Shown here one piece after another: positions 29,846 through 39,231 of a stretch of DNA of 64,000 bases. Origin of the DNA: an archaeon (GTDB lineage: Archaea > Nanobdellota > Nanobdellia > Woesearchaeales > GCA-2686295); contig JBDRCD010000009.1 in NCBI GenBank assembly GCA_043822105.1, positions 67,098 through 131,097 on the forward strand, in the 5' to 3' direction. The notes beneath the pieces were generated by a model. That model searched no databases and was not told the origin of the DNA. It saw nothing but the letters and a program-made list of their open reading frames with translations. Position 1 is the first letter of the stretch, and each line of letters starts with the position of its first letter. Position numbers and translations under genes: made by a program.

Positions 29846-30847
29846 ATGAGGGACTCAAGGATTGCAAAATATTTTCTTATAGTGCTGTTTGTGGTATTCG
29901 CATATCTGGCAGTAATTACTGTGATGCCAATTATCACAAGTGTCATACTTGCTTTGATACTCACATTTGCATTCTATCCGGTTTACAAGCTGATACAGAA
30001 AACTGTGAAATCAAAGAATCTCAGTGCAGTCATAATGATAGTGCTTTTTCTTCTCATAATAATAATTCCAGGAGGTCTGATTGTTAACTCTTTAATTGGA
30101 CAGTCATACTCAACATACACAACAATACAAAACACAGATTTCAGTGTTCTCAACTCATATATTCCTTCATTCATAAAAGACAATATGAGTTTGGATTCTT
30201 TGTTTGGTGACATAGGACTAAAAGTAAGAGATTTTGTTGTCGGAAATGTGCCTAATATTATAGAATCAATAGCAGATATACTGCTTGGATTGTTTGTAAT
30301 GTTCTTTGTGATGTTCTATGCTTTTAGAGATGGGGATATCTGGATTCTCAAACTTGAGAAGAGACTTCCGATGAAACATGAGTATACGCAAAGATTGCTT
30401 TCAAATACAGAGTCAATCACTAAAGCAGTTTTGTATGGATACATTTTGACGGCTGCAATTCAGGGAACACTCGGAGGGTTGGTCTTTTTAATTCTTGGAA
30501 TTCCAAATGCAGTTTTTTGGGGTTTCATAATGATGATATTCGCAATGATACCTTTCATGGGAACGCCAATAATATTTGTTCCGGCAGCTTTAATACAGCT
30601 ATATGCAGGAAATTATTTTGCAGGAATATTTCTGCTGGCATTTGGATTTTTGGTGCTAATAAACATAGATAATTTCCTAAGACCGAAATTAATTAGCAGC
30701 AAGGCAAAGGTTCATCCTGCAATGGTTCTTGTAGGAGTTATTGGCGGACTCGCAGTGTTTGGCATGGTTGGAATACTTCTGGGGCCAATGATACTAACAC
30801 TTTTCTTTGTAATACTAAAATTCTTTGTTCTAGAATTTGAAGTTTAA
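29846..30847 (+). CDS. AI-2E (PerM) family transporter
   Basis: Multi-TM; IQGTLGG, IPFMG, IDNFLRP and GVIGG...FG..GILLGP; start moved to MRDSR. Confidence 0.92.
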   Translation: MRDSRIAKYFLIVLFVVFAYLAVITVMPIITSVILALILTFAFYPVYKLIQKTVKSKNLSAVIMIVLFLLIIIIPGGLIVNSLIGQSYSTYTTIQNTDFSVLNSYIPSFIKDNMSLDSLFGDIGLKVRDFVVGNVPNIIESIADILLGLFVMFFVMFYAFRDGDIWILKLEKRLPMKHEYTQRLLSNTESITKAVLYGYILTAAIQGTLGGLVFLILGIPNAVFWGFIMMIFAMIPFMGTPIIFVPAALIQLYAGNYFAGIFLLAFGFLVLINIDNFLRPKLISSKAKVHPAMVLVGVIGGLAVFGMVGILLGPMILTLFFVILKFFVLEFEV

Positions 30848-31836
30848 GAAGACATTTTCTTTAGATATTGGTGAAGTTTAACTTTGACTTTTTCTTTCAT
30901 CTCAGAGTTCAAAGAAAGCTTATTTACTTCGCTATCCCAGTCTATCTTAGGTAGCTTTGTGAGTGTGCCTGTAAATTCTCTACCACTAAGTTTTGCCTGT
31001 TTTTCAATCTGCTTTGCTTTCTCTTTTCCAAACTGTCTGACAATCGGAAACTTTGAGATAGAATTAGTCCCTGCGTTGAGAAGTAAAGAAACTCTATCAA
31101 TTTTATCGGTCCAGATTCCTATCTGCATGTCAATCTTGGGAAATGCAATTCTCGTCTTTGCAACATACCATGCATGATATTCTTTTGTAGGACTTGATTT
31201 TTTCTCAAAGACTGTTCCTTTGATGGGATTTAAGGCATAAATATGAATCTTTGAAATTTTGTATTCGTTGATAAACTTCTTCAATGTTTCAAAATCGTCT
31301 TTTGTCTCTCCAATTCCCAGAATTAAAGTCATGGCAGTCTTTATGCCAAGAGCATTTGCCTGTTTGAACATTCTGGTGTAGGGCTTCAGAGGTTTTGAAG
31401 GACAAACTATCCTGTGCAACTTTTCATTGACAGTTTCTATTGATCCGACAACTCCTTCAATGTATGGTTGGTATATTTTAAGATGGTTTTCAGGAATTGC
31501 TCCAAGACTTATCCATACTTTTTCTCCTGTTATTTCTTTTATAACTTTTATTATTTCAAGTAAATCTTCATGTTTATAGGCGTTTATTCCACCTGTAAAA
31601 AATCCTATTTTCCATCCTAGTACTTTACACAAAATAGTCTCAGCATATAATGATTCTTTTGATCTGATTGCTTTGTCATCATCATTCTGATTCTTCTTTT
31701 CTTGGGTGCTCATATAGCAAAATGTGCAGTCTTTTATTGAGCATGACCAGCTGAAAAACAAAGCTCTTTCAAACCAAGTTGTATTTGGAAAATTAGCTTT
31801 GAAAACATTATTTGCTTCTTTAATAAGTTTGTTCAT
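30844..31836 (-). CDS. Radical SAM enzyme (biotin synthase-related)
   Basis: CSIKDCTFC cluster motif (Cx4Cx2C), TGG, SIET, ILGIGET, NPIKGT and TRIAFP. Confidence 0.85.
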   Translation of the reverse strand: MNKLIKEANNVFKANFPNTTWFERALFFSWSCSIKDCTFCYMSTQEKKNQNDDDKAIRSKESLYAETILCKVLGWKIGFFTGGINAYKHEDLLEIIKVIKEITGEKVWISLGAIPENHLKIYQPYIEGVVGSIETVNEKLHRIVCPSKPLKPYTRMFKQANALGIKTAMTLILGIGETKDDFETLKKFINEYKISKIHIYALNPIKGTVFEKKSSPTKEYHAWYVAKTRIAFPKIDMQIGIWTDKIDRVSLLLNAGTNSISKFPIVRQFGKEKAKQIEKQAKLSGREFTGTLTKLPKIDWDSEVNKLSLNSEMKEKVKVKLHQYLKKMSS

Positions 31837-31873
31837 AGGTTTTTAGAAAAATTCTTGGTTTAAAAAACTATTC

Positions 31874-33667
31874 CTACTCTATTTTTTTAGTGAGTTCCAA
31901 AAACATTGCTGTGCTCCATGCCTGGGATAAACATCCTTCTGAACGTTGTTCTTTTGCAGAGCTTAGTTCTGAGCAGTGGCCTATAAATCCAGAATACATC
32001 ATCTCTTTTTCACTTGAATGATATATTTTTTCTATGAAATGCCAATATTTCTTTTTATTGACATCAGCCAGACATATCGCTGCTAAATTATTTATCCAGA
32101 ACCAACTGTCTCCATGATGATAGCTTAGATTGTTTTCGCCTGTGTATTCCGGTTGATATAGAGGACTGCTTTGTTCTATGGTTGATAATCCACCCCATTC
32201 AAGCCAGAGACCTCTCAGGGCTTTGTTGAATACGAAAGTCCATTCATATTTTGTCAAAAGCTCAGGATAGGCATAGTACGCAATAAACACGTTGGGTCTG
32301 ATTGTTCTGTCGCCCAGTTTATCCAAAAGAGCTCCATTTTTGTAAAAATTCTCTTTTATTTTCTTTACAAACATTTTTTCCAGTTTAGCAAATCCGTAGT
32401 AGGGCAGTTTCAAATGTTTACACAAAAATTTCATAAGCTTAAAGTATGACAGAAACAATGCTTGTATTTCTATGCATGCTCCTTCCCTTCCATCGCCACC
32501 CTTAACCTCTGTATCCATCCAGGTTTCTTTTGCTTCATTGTGAATTATGTAGTACTCTATGAATCGAACCATGTGTTCTTCAATGCTGAAATGCAGTTTG
32601 TGTTTTATGGCCGATAGTTCTTCCTGTGAAAAATAACTGTCCAGAAGTTTTTTGTCTTCAAGTATTGTCAGAAAGTCATGGAATCTTTTGAAAAGCCAAC
32701 CAATGGAATCTGCGCTGTTTAGTTCTGATGATGGAAGCCTGTTTGGCAGTCTTCCTGTATCGTCCATCGCATCTAAATAGTTCATGAGTCTTGTTTTCAC
32801 AAAGTTAAATCTTTCTTCCATCATGAATGCTTTCAGAGATATTAGTTCATCTCTTGACCAGAACTGATGGAACCAGGGAAGTCCTGCGAAAACACCTGTT
32901 ATTTTGTTGTTTCCTTTTCCAACGGTGGTTCTGAGACTGTCAAGTGAATAGGATGCTATGTTTGATGAAAATCTTTTGTGTTTGCAAATATTATTTTTTC
33001 TTATCTCAAGAGTTTTTTTCAGAATACTTTCATTCAGAAAACATGATTTTGCATTGTCAACTGCTTCTTTTTCGCTTTCGGAGAAAGAAAAGCATAGCTG
33101 TAATTTTGATTTGCATCTTATTCTCAATGCTTTGTAGATGTAGAACTCATTCTTTGTGTTTCTTTTTTTGTCAAATGAATAATTTTCTTTCTCCCACACT
33201 CCAACTTCTTCATAATCCTGAACTCCTTTTATTGCTATGAATTTATTGTGCTTTTCATAATTAATAACTATCATATCGCCTTTCTTTTTCATTGAATATT
33301 TTCTGTCTTTATCGTCGTAGTCAAATATTCCTCTGAAATCAAGGTCGATGTTTACATTGCCGAAAAAATTTCTTACTTCATATATCAATCCGGTTGAGGT
33401 GAGCCAGAAGCTTTCTTCGGATTCGTTGTATCTTCTTGTGATGTGATTAAAATTGTTTTCAATTTCCGTAATTTCTTTGTCAAGATAAATATTATTTATG
33501 GATTTGTACATATTCCAGTTTTTGTCCAGATGAAACAATCCCTGCATGTGGGTTATATTGCTGGAGCTACCTAAAGAAAAATATGTTCCAGCCTTATCTG
33601 TGAGAAGAAAACTTCCCTCACCCTCTTTTTTTTCGGCTTTGTCTCCAAGTCTATGGATTACTTTCAT
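31874..33667 (-). CDS. Amylo-alpha-1,6-glucosidase (glycogen debranching enzyme)
   Basis: AGLPWF.QFWSRD, TWMD, R.G..IEIQAL, RPN, YH.G.SW.W and GC.SQAWS. Confidence 0.9.
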   Translation of the reverse strand: MKVIHRLGDKAEKKEGEGSFLLTDKAGTYFSLGSSSNITHMQGLFHLDKNWNMYKSINNIYLDKEITEIENNFNHITRRYNESEESFWLTSTGLIYEVRNFFGNVNIDLDFRGIFDYDDKDRKYSMKKKGDMIVINYEKHNKFIAIKGVQDYEEVGVWEKENYSFDKKRNTKNEFYIYKALRIRCKSKLQLCFSFSESEKEAVDNAKSCFLNESILKKTLEIRKNNICKHKRFSSNIASYSLDSLRTTVGKGNNKITGVFAGLPWFHQFWSRDELISLKAFMMEERFNFVKTRLMNYLDAMDDTGRLPNRLPSSELNSADSIGWLFKRFHDFLTILEDKKLLDSYFSQEELSAIKHKLHFSIEEHMVRFIEYYIIHNEAKETWMDTEVKGGDGREGACIEIQALFLSYFKLMKFLCKHLKLPYYGFAKLEKMFVKKIKENFYKNGALLDKLGDRTIRPNVFIAYYAYPELLTKYEWTFVFNKALRGLWLEWGGLSTIEQSSPLYQPEYTGENNLSYHHGDSWFWINNLAAICLADVNKKKYWHFIEKIYHSSEKEMMYSGFIGHCSELSSAKEQRSEGCLSQAWSTAMFLELTKKIE

Positions 33668-34652
33668 CCTTGCCGTAAATTATTTGTGAATCTTCGCCGA
33701 CGTTGAGTTGTTTGTAAACACCACGTACATAGGCATAATCTCCAATAAGTGATTCTTTTATTTGAGCATCAACAACCTTTGCGCCCTCACCCACAATACT
33801 ATTCTTAATTACTGAGTTTTTAATTTTTGCGTTTTTTGCGATTGACACATATGGTCCGACGATTGAATTTTCTATTTCTGCGCCTTCTTCAATGAAAACA
33901 GGTTTTATCACCATGCTGTTTTTCAAACCTTTGAATTTCTTTTGTCGCATTCTTTTAAGCATGAATCTATTGGTTGCAAGAAGTGTTTCAGGTTTTCCGC
34001 AGTCCTCCCAAAAAGTAACTTTCTCAGCCTTTAATTTAGCTCCTCTTTCAATCATTATGTTAAAAGCATCCACGAGGTAGAACTCTCCTTTTAGTTGCAT
34101 GTCGTGTTCTATTAAATGATCAATGGCACTGAACATGGCCTTGCTGTCTTTTATGTAGAAAAGTCCTATGTTTGCAAGATTTGAAGGAGGATTCTTTGGT
34201 TTTTCAACTATCTTTTCAATGAATCCGTTCTTGTCCGGAAATACAATTCCAAATCTTTCAGGATCATCATGTTCTTTGACATATATAACTCCGTCACTCT
34301 TTGTCTTTTTTAGTTTCTTTATGTCTGGATCGCTTAAAGTATCAACAAACCAAATTATGACATCCTCTTTTATGTGCTCCTCTGCTAATTTGATTGCATG
34401 AGCCTGTCCCTTTAGTTCTTTTTGAACAACAAACTTTGTTTTGAAATGATAGTTTTTAGAAACATAATCTTTTATCTGATCTCCCAAGTATCCAATTATG
34501 AATACTACTTCAGAAACCTTTAGTTTTTCAAGTTCGTCCAGAATATGTGCCAAAACAGGTTTTCCGGCAACATGAACCAGAGGTTTAGCTCTAGTATGAG
34601 TAAGAGGTCTTAGTCTAGTGCCTTTTCCAGCCATTGGAATTATTACTTGCAT
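33651..34652 (-). CDS. Sugar-1-phosphate nucleotidyltransferase with left-handed beta-helix C-terminus
   Basis: MAGKGTRLRPLT..KPL, EKP, WEDCG and hexapeptide repeats. Confidence 0.92.
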   Translation of the reverse strand: MQVIIPMAGKGTRLRPLTHTRAKPLVHVAGKPVLAHILDELEKLKVSEVVFIIGYLGDQIKDYVSKNYHFKTKFVVQKELKGQAHAIKLAEEHIKEDVIIWFVDTLSDPDIKKLKKTKSDGVIYVKEHDDPERFGIVFPDKNGFIEKIVEKPKNPPSNLANIGLFYIKDSKAMFSAIDHLIEHDMQLKGEFYLVDAFNIMIERGAKLKAEKVTFWEDCGKPETLLATNRFMLKRMRQKKFKGLKNSMVIKPVFIEEGAEIENSIVGPYVSIAKNAKIKNSVIKNSIVGEGAKVVDAQIKESLIGDYAYVRGVYKQLNVGEDSQIIYGKDESNP

Positions 34653-34693
34653 TGTCGATGGAAAGGAAGATTTGTTTATAAAATTATGTAATA

Positions 34694-35479
34694 TCAGGAA
34701 ATTTTTAGGCTCATTATTTTATGAGCGAGTTTTGCGAGTGAGTATGCCTCTGCTTCAAAATTTTCGTTTGGAGCGAACTCCACTATGTCGGAACCAATGA
34801 CTTCTTTTTCTTTGAAAATAGTTTTTAGAATTTCAATTACTTGGTCCCACATGAATCCACCAGGTTCTGGAGTTCCAGTGTTTCTGATAAATGAAGGATC
34901 AAAAACATCAACGTCAATTGAAACGTAGACTTTATTTTTTAGTTTTGATAGTTCTTTTTTGAAAGTATTTTCATTGAAGTCATAGGCTTTTATCATTTCA
35001 ACGTTTTCATTGTTTTTGATAACACTTACTTCATCAACATCCATTGATCTTACGCCAACAAGAAGTGTTTTATGATTGGCTGAAATCCTCTGTGCAGTGC
35101 AACGATGATTTGTTTGCGAACCATTCCAGGAATTAAACATATCTGGGTGAGCGTCAAGAATAATAACTGAGAAATCATCATGATATTTTTCCAGTTCTTT
35201 GACAACTTGGATGGTTACAGAGTGATCTCCGCCCAGAGTAATTGTGAAATTGTTCGTTATTTCTTCAACCGATTCTATTGTTTTTATTCCTTTCAAGAAA
35301 GGCTCGGCATCAAACTGTTCATCGTAGTATTCCAGATGATGCGAAGCTTTGATAATTTCTTTTGGTCCTTTTGAAGCTCCTTTACCATAGGTTAAATTTT
35401 TTTCATACTCAATTGGTAAAACTGAAAAGAAAGAATTATCTTTAGAGTACTCGTCCGCCAGGTTCATAAATTTTATCAT
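34694..35479 (-). CDS. speB: Agmatinase/ureohydrolase
   Basis: GGDHS, DAHPD and SIDVDVFDP..TGTPEPGG metal ligands intact. Confidence 0.9.
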   Translation of the reverse strand: MIKFMNLADEYSKDNSFFSVLPIEYEKNLTYGKGASKGPKEIIKASHHLEYYDEQFDAEPFLKGIKTIESVEEITNNFTITLGGDHSVTIQVVKELEKYHDDFSVIILDAHPDMFNSWNGSQTNHRCTAQRISANHKTLLVGVRSMDVDEVSVIKNNENVEMIKAYDFNENTFKKELSKLKNKVYVSIDVDVFDPSFIRNTGTPEPGGFMWDQVIEILKTIFKEKEVIGSDIVEFAPNENFEAEAYSLAKLAHKIMSLKIS

Positions 35480-36510
35480 TCTAATACCTCTGTAAACATT
35501 TTTTCTAAATCGCAGAAATCTGAAGCGAAGTTATAGGCACCCGCATTTAGGAAAACTAATTCATCACCAACTTTAGGTTCTTTAAGATAAACTCTGTAAC
35601 GAAATAAATCCATTGAACAGGGAGTTACCCCTTTGATAACGTAGGGTTTTCCTTTTCCTTTTTCAAGTTCTCCTTGAATCAATAGTTTGACAGGAACGAC
35701 GAGAGCATCCATGTCGCTGTTGTAGACAGATGCATTGACAATAATGTTGTGGTCATAGATACCAATTATTTCTGTTACAAGTTTGCAGCTTGATGCTGCA
35801 ATGAATCTTCCCGGTTCGATTATTAATTTGATATTGTTTTGATTTAACCATTGTTTTAGTTTGTTTACTTTTTTAAAGATAGAATTCATGACATTGACAT
35901 TTGTATTGGCATATTCAGAAGGAAGACCTCCTCCGATGTTGACAACGTCTATTGCTTTTAGAACATCTTCTTCCAATATTTCAGAAAGCTCTTGCTTCAG
36001 ATTCCACTCGCTCATGTTTTGGGTTTTTCTGTGAAAATGAACTCCCAATGTTCTGATGTTTTTGTTTTTTCTTAATTCTTTTATTTTTTTATTGACTATG
36101 TCTGAGGGCATTCCGAAAACAAAGTATTTTTCTGTTCTAATTGATAATTCTTTCAATTTTAGTCTTAATAACAAATTTATTTTTACGTTGTTGCTTTTTA
36201 GAAAGTTCTCCAGAATGTCAAGGTCTGGCTTGTTGTCAACGACAAAATAGTTTATTCCTTTGTCAACAAGCTTTTTGATGTAATTGTTTGTCCAACCCTG
36301 CGCCAGAAATATAACTCTTGAAAAATCTTTTATGTGTTTGAGTTCGTTTTCTAAATGCACACTAAACAGACAGTCTGTTTTTTCTTCAAGAATTTTTGTG
36401 ACCAATTGGTTCGTCTTTGAACTGTATGAAACAGTGTCTGCAAGAACTTTGACTTTTTTGTATTGTTCCATAACTTTGCTTTTTGAAAGTATAAACATAG
36501 GTTTGTTCAT
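35476..36510 (-). CDS. PLP-dependent group IV (Orn/DAP/Arg) decarboxylase, alanine-racemase fold
   Basis: YSSKTN (PLP Lys), HFH, NIGGG, EPGR, PCSMD and AGAY. Confidence 0.88.
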   Translation of the reverse strand: MNKPMFILSKSKVMEQYKKVKVLADTVSYSSKTNQLVTKILEEKTDCLFSVHLENELKHIKDFSRVIFLAQGWTNNYIKKLVDKGINYFVVDNKPDLDILENFLKSNNVKINLLLRLKLKELSIRTEKYFVFGMPSDIVNKKIKELRKNKNIRTLGVHFHRKTQNMSEWNLKQELSEILEEDVLKAIDVVNIGGGLPSEYANTNVNVMNSIFKKVNKLKQWLNQNNIKLIIEPGRFIAASSCKLVTEIIGIYDHNIIVNASVYNSDMDALVVPVKLLIQGELEKGKGKPYVIKGVTPCSMDLFRYRVYLKEPKVGDELVFLNAGAYNFASDFCDLEKMFTEVLE

Positions 36511-37445
36511 TTTAAAAGTCCCTCGCTTTCTAGAGTTTCCAATGCTTTTATCATGCAGAGAGGAAACATAATTGTTACATCTCCATTGACTGTTGCAACA
36601 TCACTGTCATCTTTAACTTTACCCCAGGACTTTGCTTCATCGGTTGTGGCTCCTGACATGCTTCCACTGGTTTTATGGGCTGTGGTGATGTAAACAGCGT
36701 ACTCAGCGCCACCATTGAGAAGAGTTGATAGTATTGCATGGTGTTTTGAGACTCCGCCACCAAGAGCGATTACTCCTTTTTTCTCATCATGACTAGTTGT
36801 GAAAAGAATGTTTCCAAAATCCTTTACAACGTCAACGATGAAATCAGAGTGTTTTTGCTGAAATAAGTATAGATGGAATCCGAATGCACCATCTGTTATT
36901 GCAGGGCAGAATATTGGAATGTCATGTTTTGCTGCCTGATAAAGTATGGAATTTTTATCTTTCAATTGTAAGCCTATTTCTTTTAACATTTCAGAGACAG
37001 ACCATCTTTTTTGTTTTTCATAGAGCTTTTTTAAAATTGGATTTATCCAGTCTTCGAAGTTCATATAACTCTCATTTTTGACAAATATGTTTCCGACTCT
37101 GTTGATACCCTGTTCATGAAGCTCAACATCATCGCTGTCAAACTTTCCGATGAGAAACCTTTCTCCGGTTGCTTTCATGATGTCTTCTTCAATTCCACCA
37201 ACAGTTGTAACGAGAACGTCTGCCATTCCAAGACTCACAATTTGGGCAAAGAATCCTCTCAAACCAGAAGTGACCATGTTTGAAGTGTACGTCAGAAATA
37301 TCTTTGCAGAGTTCTTCTTCATCTTTACAATGACGTCAGATGCTCTCTTTAGTTCAATGCTTTGATAACCAATGCTGCCAAGACTTTCAACAAAATCCTG
37401 GACCTTTATTCCTTTTTTCCATTTAAAATCAGATACATATTTCAT
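36507..37445 (-). CDS. dys: Deoxyhypusine synthase
   Basis: TSNMVTSGLR, IEED, NRVGN, PAITDG, GGGVSKH and GSMSGA...EAKSWGK. Confidence 0.95.
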   Translation of the reverse strand: MKYVSDFKWKKGIKVQDFVESLGSIGYQSIELKRASDVIVKMKKNSAKIFLTYTSNMVTSGLRGFFAQIVSLGMADVLVTTVGGIEEDIMKATGERFLIGKFDSDDVELHEQGINRVGNIFVKNESYMNFEDWINPILKKLYEKQKRWSVSEMLKEIGLQLKDKNSILYQAAKHDIPIFCPAITDGAFGFHLYLFQQKHSDFIVDVVKDFGNILFTTSHDEKKGVIALGGGVSKHHAILSTLLNGGAEYAVYITTAHKTSGSMSGATTDEAKSWGKVKDDSDVATVNGDVTIMFPLCMIKALETLESEGLLK

Positions 37446-37451
37446 ATAGAT

Positions 37452-37560
37452 TCACCTACAATGATTAGAATATATTAGTCTAAGAACTAGCCTTGATGTA
37501 GTTAAACATTGAACTAGGCGTTAAAATCATAAAAAAAGGTGAGAAGGGAGTGTTTAAAAA
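37452..37560 (-). promoter_or_regulatory. Promoter and ~85-nt 5' leader of the dys operon containing a 16-codon uORF
   Basis: TTTTTAAA at 37553-37560; ATG at 37530 at the expected TSS distance; uORF 37480-37530; SD AGGTGA at 37452-37457. Confidence 0.55.
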
Positions 37561-37563
37561 TGT

Positions 37564-38517
37564 TTAGTTGCCAACAAACTTAGAATACAGACTCTTTGCT
37601 TCTGCTTCGCTATTTGCTTTTACAAGTGTCCTGCCATCTTTGAAAACCGTGATGTTGTGAAATGTTATGAAACTAGTGTCACCTTTAACTTCCATTGTTT
37701 TTTCAACTTTTTGTCTAATGTCTTTCAAGTTAACTTCTTTTCCTTTAATCTGGTAGGTGTTGCTTCCACACATCTTCAAAGTCTTTGAAATCTTATCACC
37801 ATCCAGGTATTCATATATTCCCTGACATGCAACACAGGATTTTCTTTTGTGGACTTTTATTTTGTCACATTTGTTGTCCCAGACATCGATTCTTATCATT
37901 GACTGCTCAACGACGTTTCCGAGAAGCATTTTTACTGCGTTGCTGACTTGAAACGACGCTATTGCAGTTGTTGTGGACGCCAGAATTCCTGCTGTTTCAC
38001 AGCTGTCTAGTCCTGCAGGATGCTTAAATATGCATCTGAAGCAAGGTCCCCAGGGTATGAAAACCATCATTGTTCCCTGATGTTTTATGCCTGCAGAATA
38101 AATCCATGGTTTGTGTGTTTTAACGCAATAATCGTTTATCAAAAGTCTTGTTTCAAAGTTGTCTGTGCAGTCAAGAATCAGATCAGAGCCATTGAGTATT
38201 TTCTTAATGTTGCCAGGGTTTAAATCCTCTGTATAACTATTTATTTTCACAGCAGAGTTTAATTTTTTTAATTCTCGCTCTGCAATGATTGCTTTTGGTT
38301 TTCCAATGTCTGTTTCGTTGTAAAGCAATTGTCTTTGAAGGTTATCCAGTTCAACTATATCTCTGTCTACAATTATTACTTTTCCAACGCCTGCTCTTAC
38401 AATGAGCTGTGAACTAACGCTGCCTGTTGCTCCGACGCCGACTATGGCGACTGTTTTCTCAGATAGTTTTTTCTGTCCTTCTTTTCCTATAAGGATTTCC
38501 TGTCTAGAATATCTCAT
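37564..38517 (-). CDS. ThiF/MoeB/E1-like adenylyltransferase
   Basis: RYSRQ, GVGATG, DRD.VELDNLQRQ, DCTDN, CFRC and C..C. Confidence 0.93.
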   Translation of the reverse strand: MRYSRQEILIGKEGQKKLSEKTVAIVGVGATGSVSSQLIVRAGVGKVIIVDRDIVELDNLQRQLLYNETDIGKPKAIIAERELKKLNSAVKINSYTEDLNPGNIKKILNGSDLILDCTDNFETRLLINDYCVKTHKPWIYSAGIKHQGTMMVFIPWGPCFRCIFKHPAGLDSCETAGILASTTTAIASFQVSNAVKMLLGNVVEQSMIRIDVWDNKCDKIKVHKRKSCVACQGIYEYLDGDKISKTLKMCGSNTYQIKGKEVNLKDIRQKVEKTMEVKGDTSFITFHNITVFKDGRTLVKANSEAEAKSLYSKFVGN

Positions 38518-38562
38518 TTTTTCCTAATCACCAAATAGTATTCTTCGTGATTTGAAAAAGCT

Positions 38563-39231
38563 TTACTTTTTCTTAACAACAAACAATGCGTGGTCTTTTT
38601 CGTATGGGTCAAGTGTTCTGTAATCAACGACAACCACTGTAGGATGCTTTTCTAACGTTGCTCTGACTTCTTTGAAAACATCATTTGGTTTTCTAGTAAC
38701 ATCAACGCTTCTGGCTTTTAATGCGAGAAGTCCAAAACCATCTTTTTTCAGATATGCATCGCAATTTTTCAAGAAAATCTGAACCTGGTTCTTTTGTGCA
38801 ATGTCTTGATATACAATGTCACTTTCGAGAACCAAATCCTTGTATTCTTCAGGATGATTGCAGTCTCCAAGAATCGGAGCCATGTTTTCTCTTTCTTCGC
38901 AAAGTATAACGAGATCCCTTACGACTTCCGGTGCAAAGTCTATTGCAAATACAAAGCCTTTCTTGCCGACGATGTCTGAGACGAATGAAGATGTGTAACC
39001 GTGAGATGCTCCAAGGTATAGTACAAGATCTCCTTCCTTAAAACCAATCTGAGAGATGCCCTTTAGAAGTCCTGCGGCCAGTTTGCTTCTCTTTGGATCC
39101 CATTCTCTGTAGTAGACTCCATCTTCAATAACAATTCTTTCTTCAAAGAAACTATTTTTGTCAATGCTTCTTGTAAATAGCTTCTTTCTGTCGAAGTGTA
39201 TGTTTGGAAATCTTTTTTCGAAGAGTTTCAT
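38563..39231 (-). CDS. flpA: Fibrillarin (box C/D rRNA/tRNA 2'-O-methyltransferase)
   Basis: YREWDP.RSKLAA, VLYLGAS.G.T.S, YQDIAQ.NQ, KARSVD and LDPYEKDH. Confidence 0.96.
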   Translation of the reverse strand: MKLFEKRFPNIHFDRKKLFTRSIDKNSFFEERIVIEDGVYYREWDPKRSKLAAGLLKGISQIGFKEGDLVLYLGASHGYTSSFVSDIVGKKGFVFAIDFAPEVVRDLVILCEERENMAPILGDCNHPEEYKDLVLESDIVYQDIAQKNQVQIFLKNCDAYLKKDGFGLLALKARSVDVTRKPNDVFKEVRATLEKHPTVVVVDYRTLDPYEKDHALFVVKKK

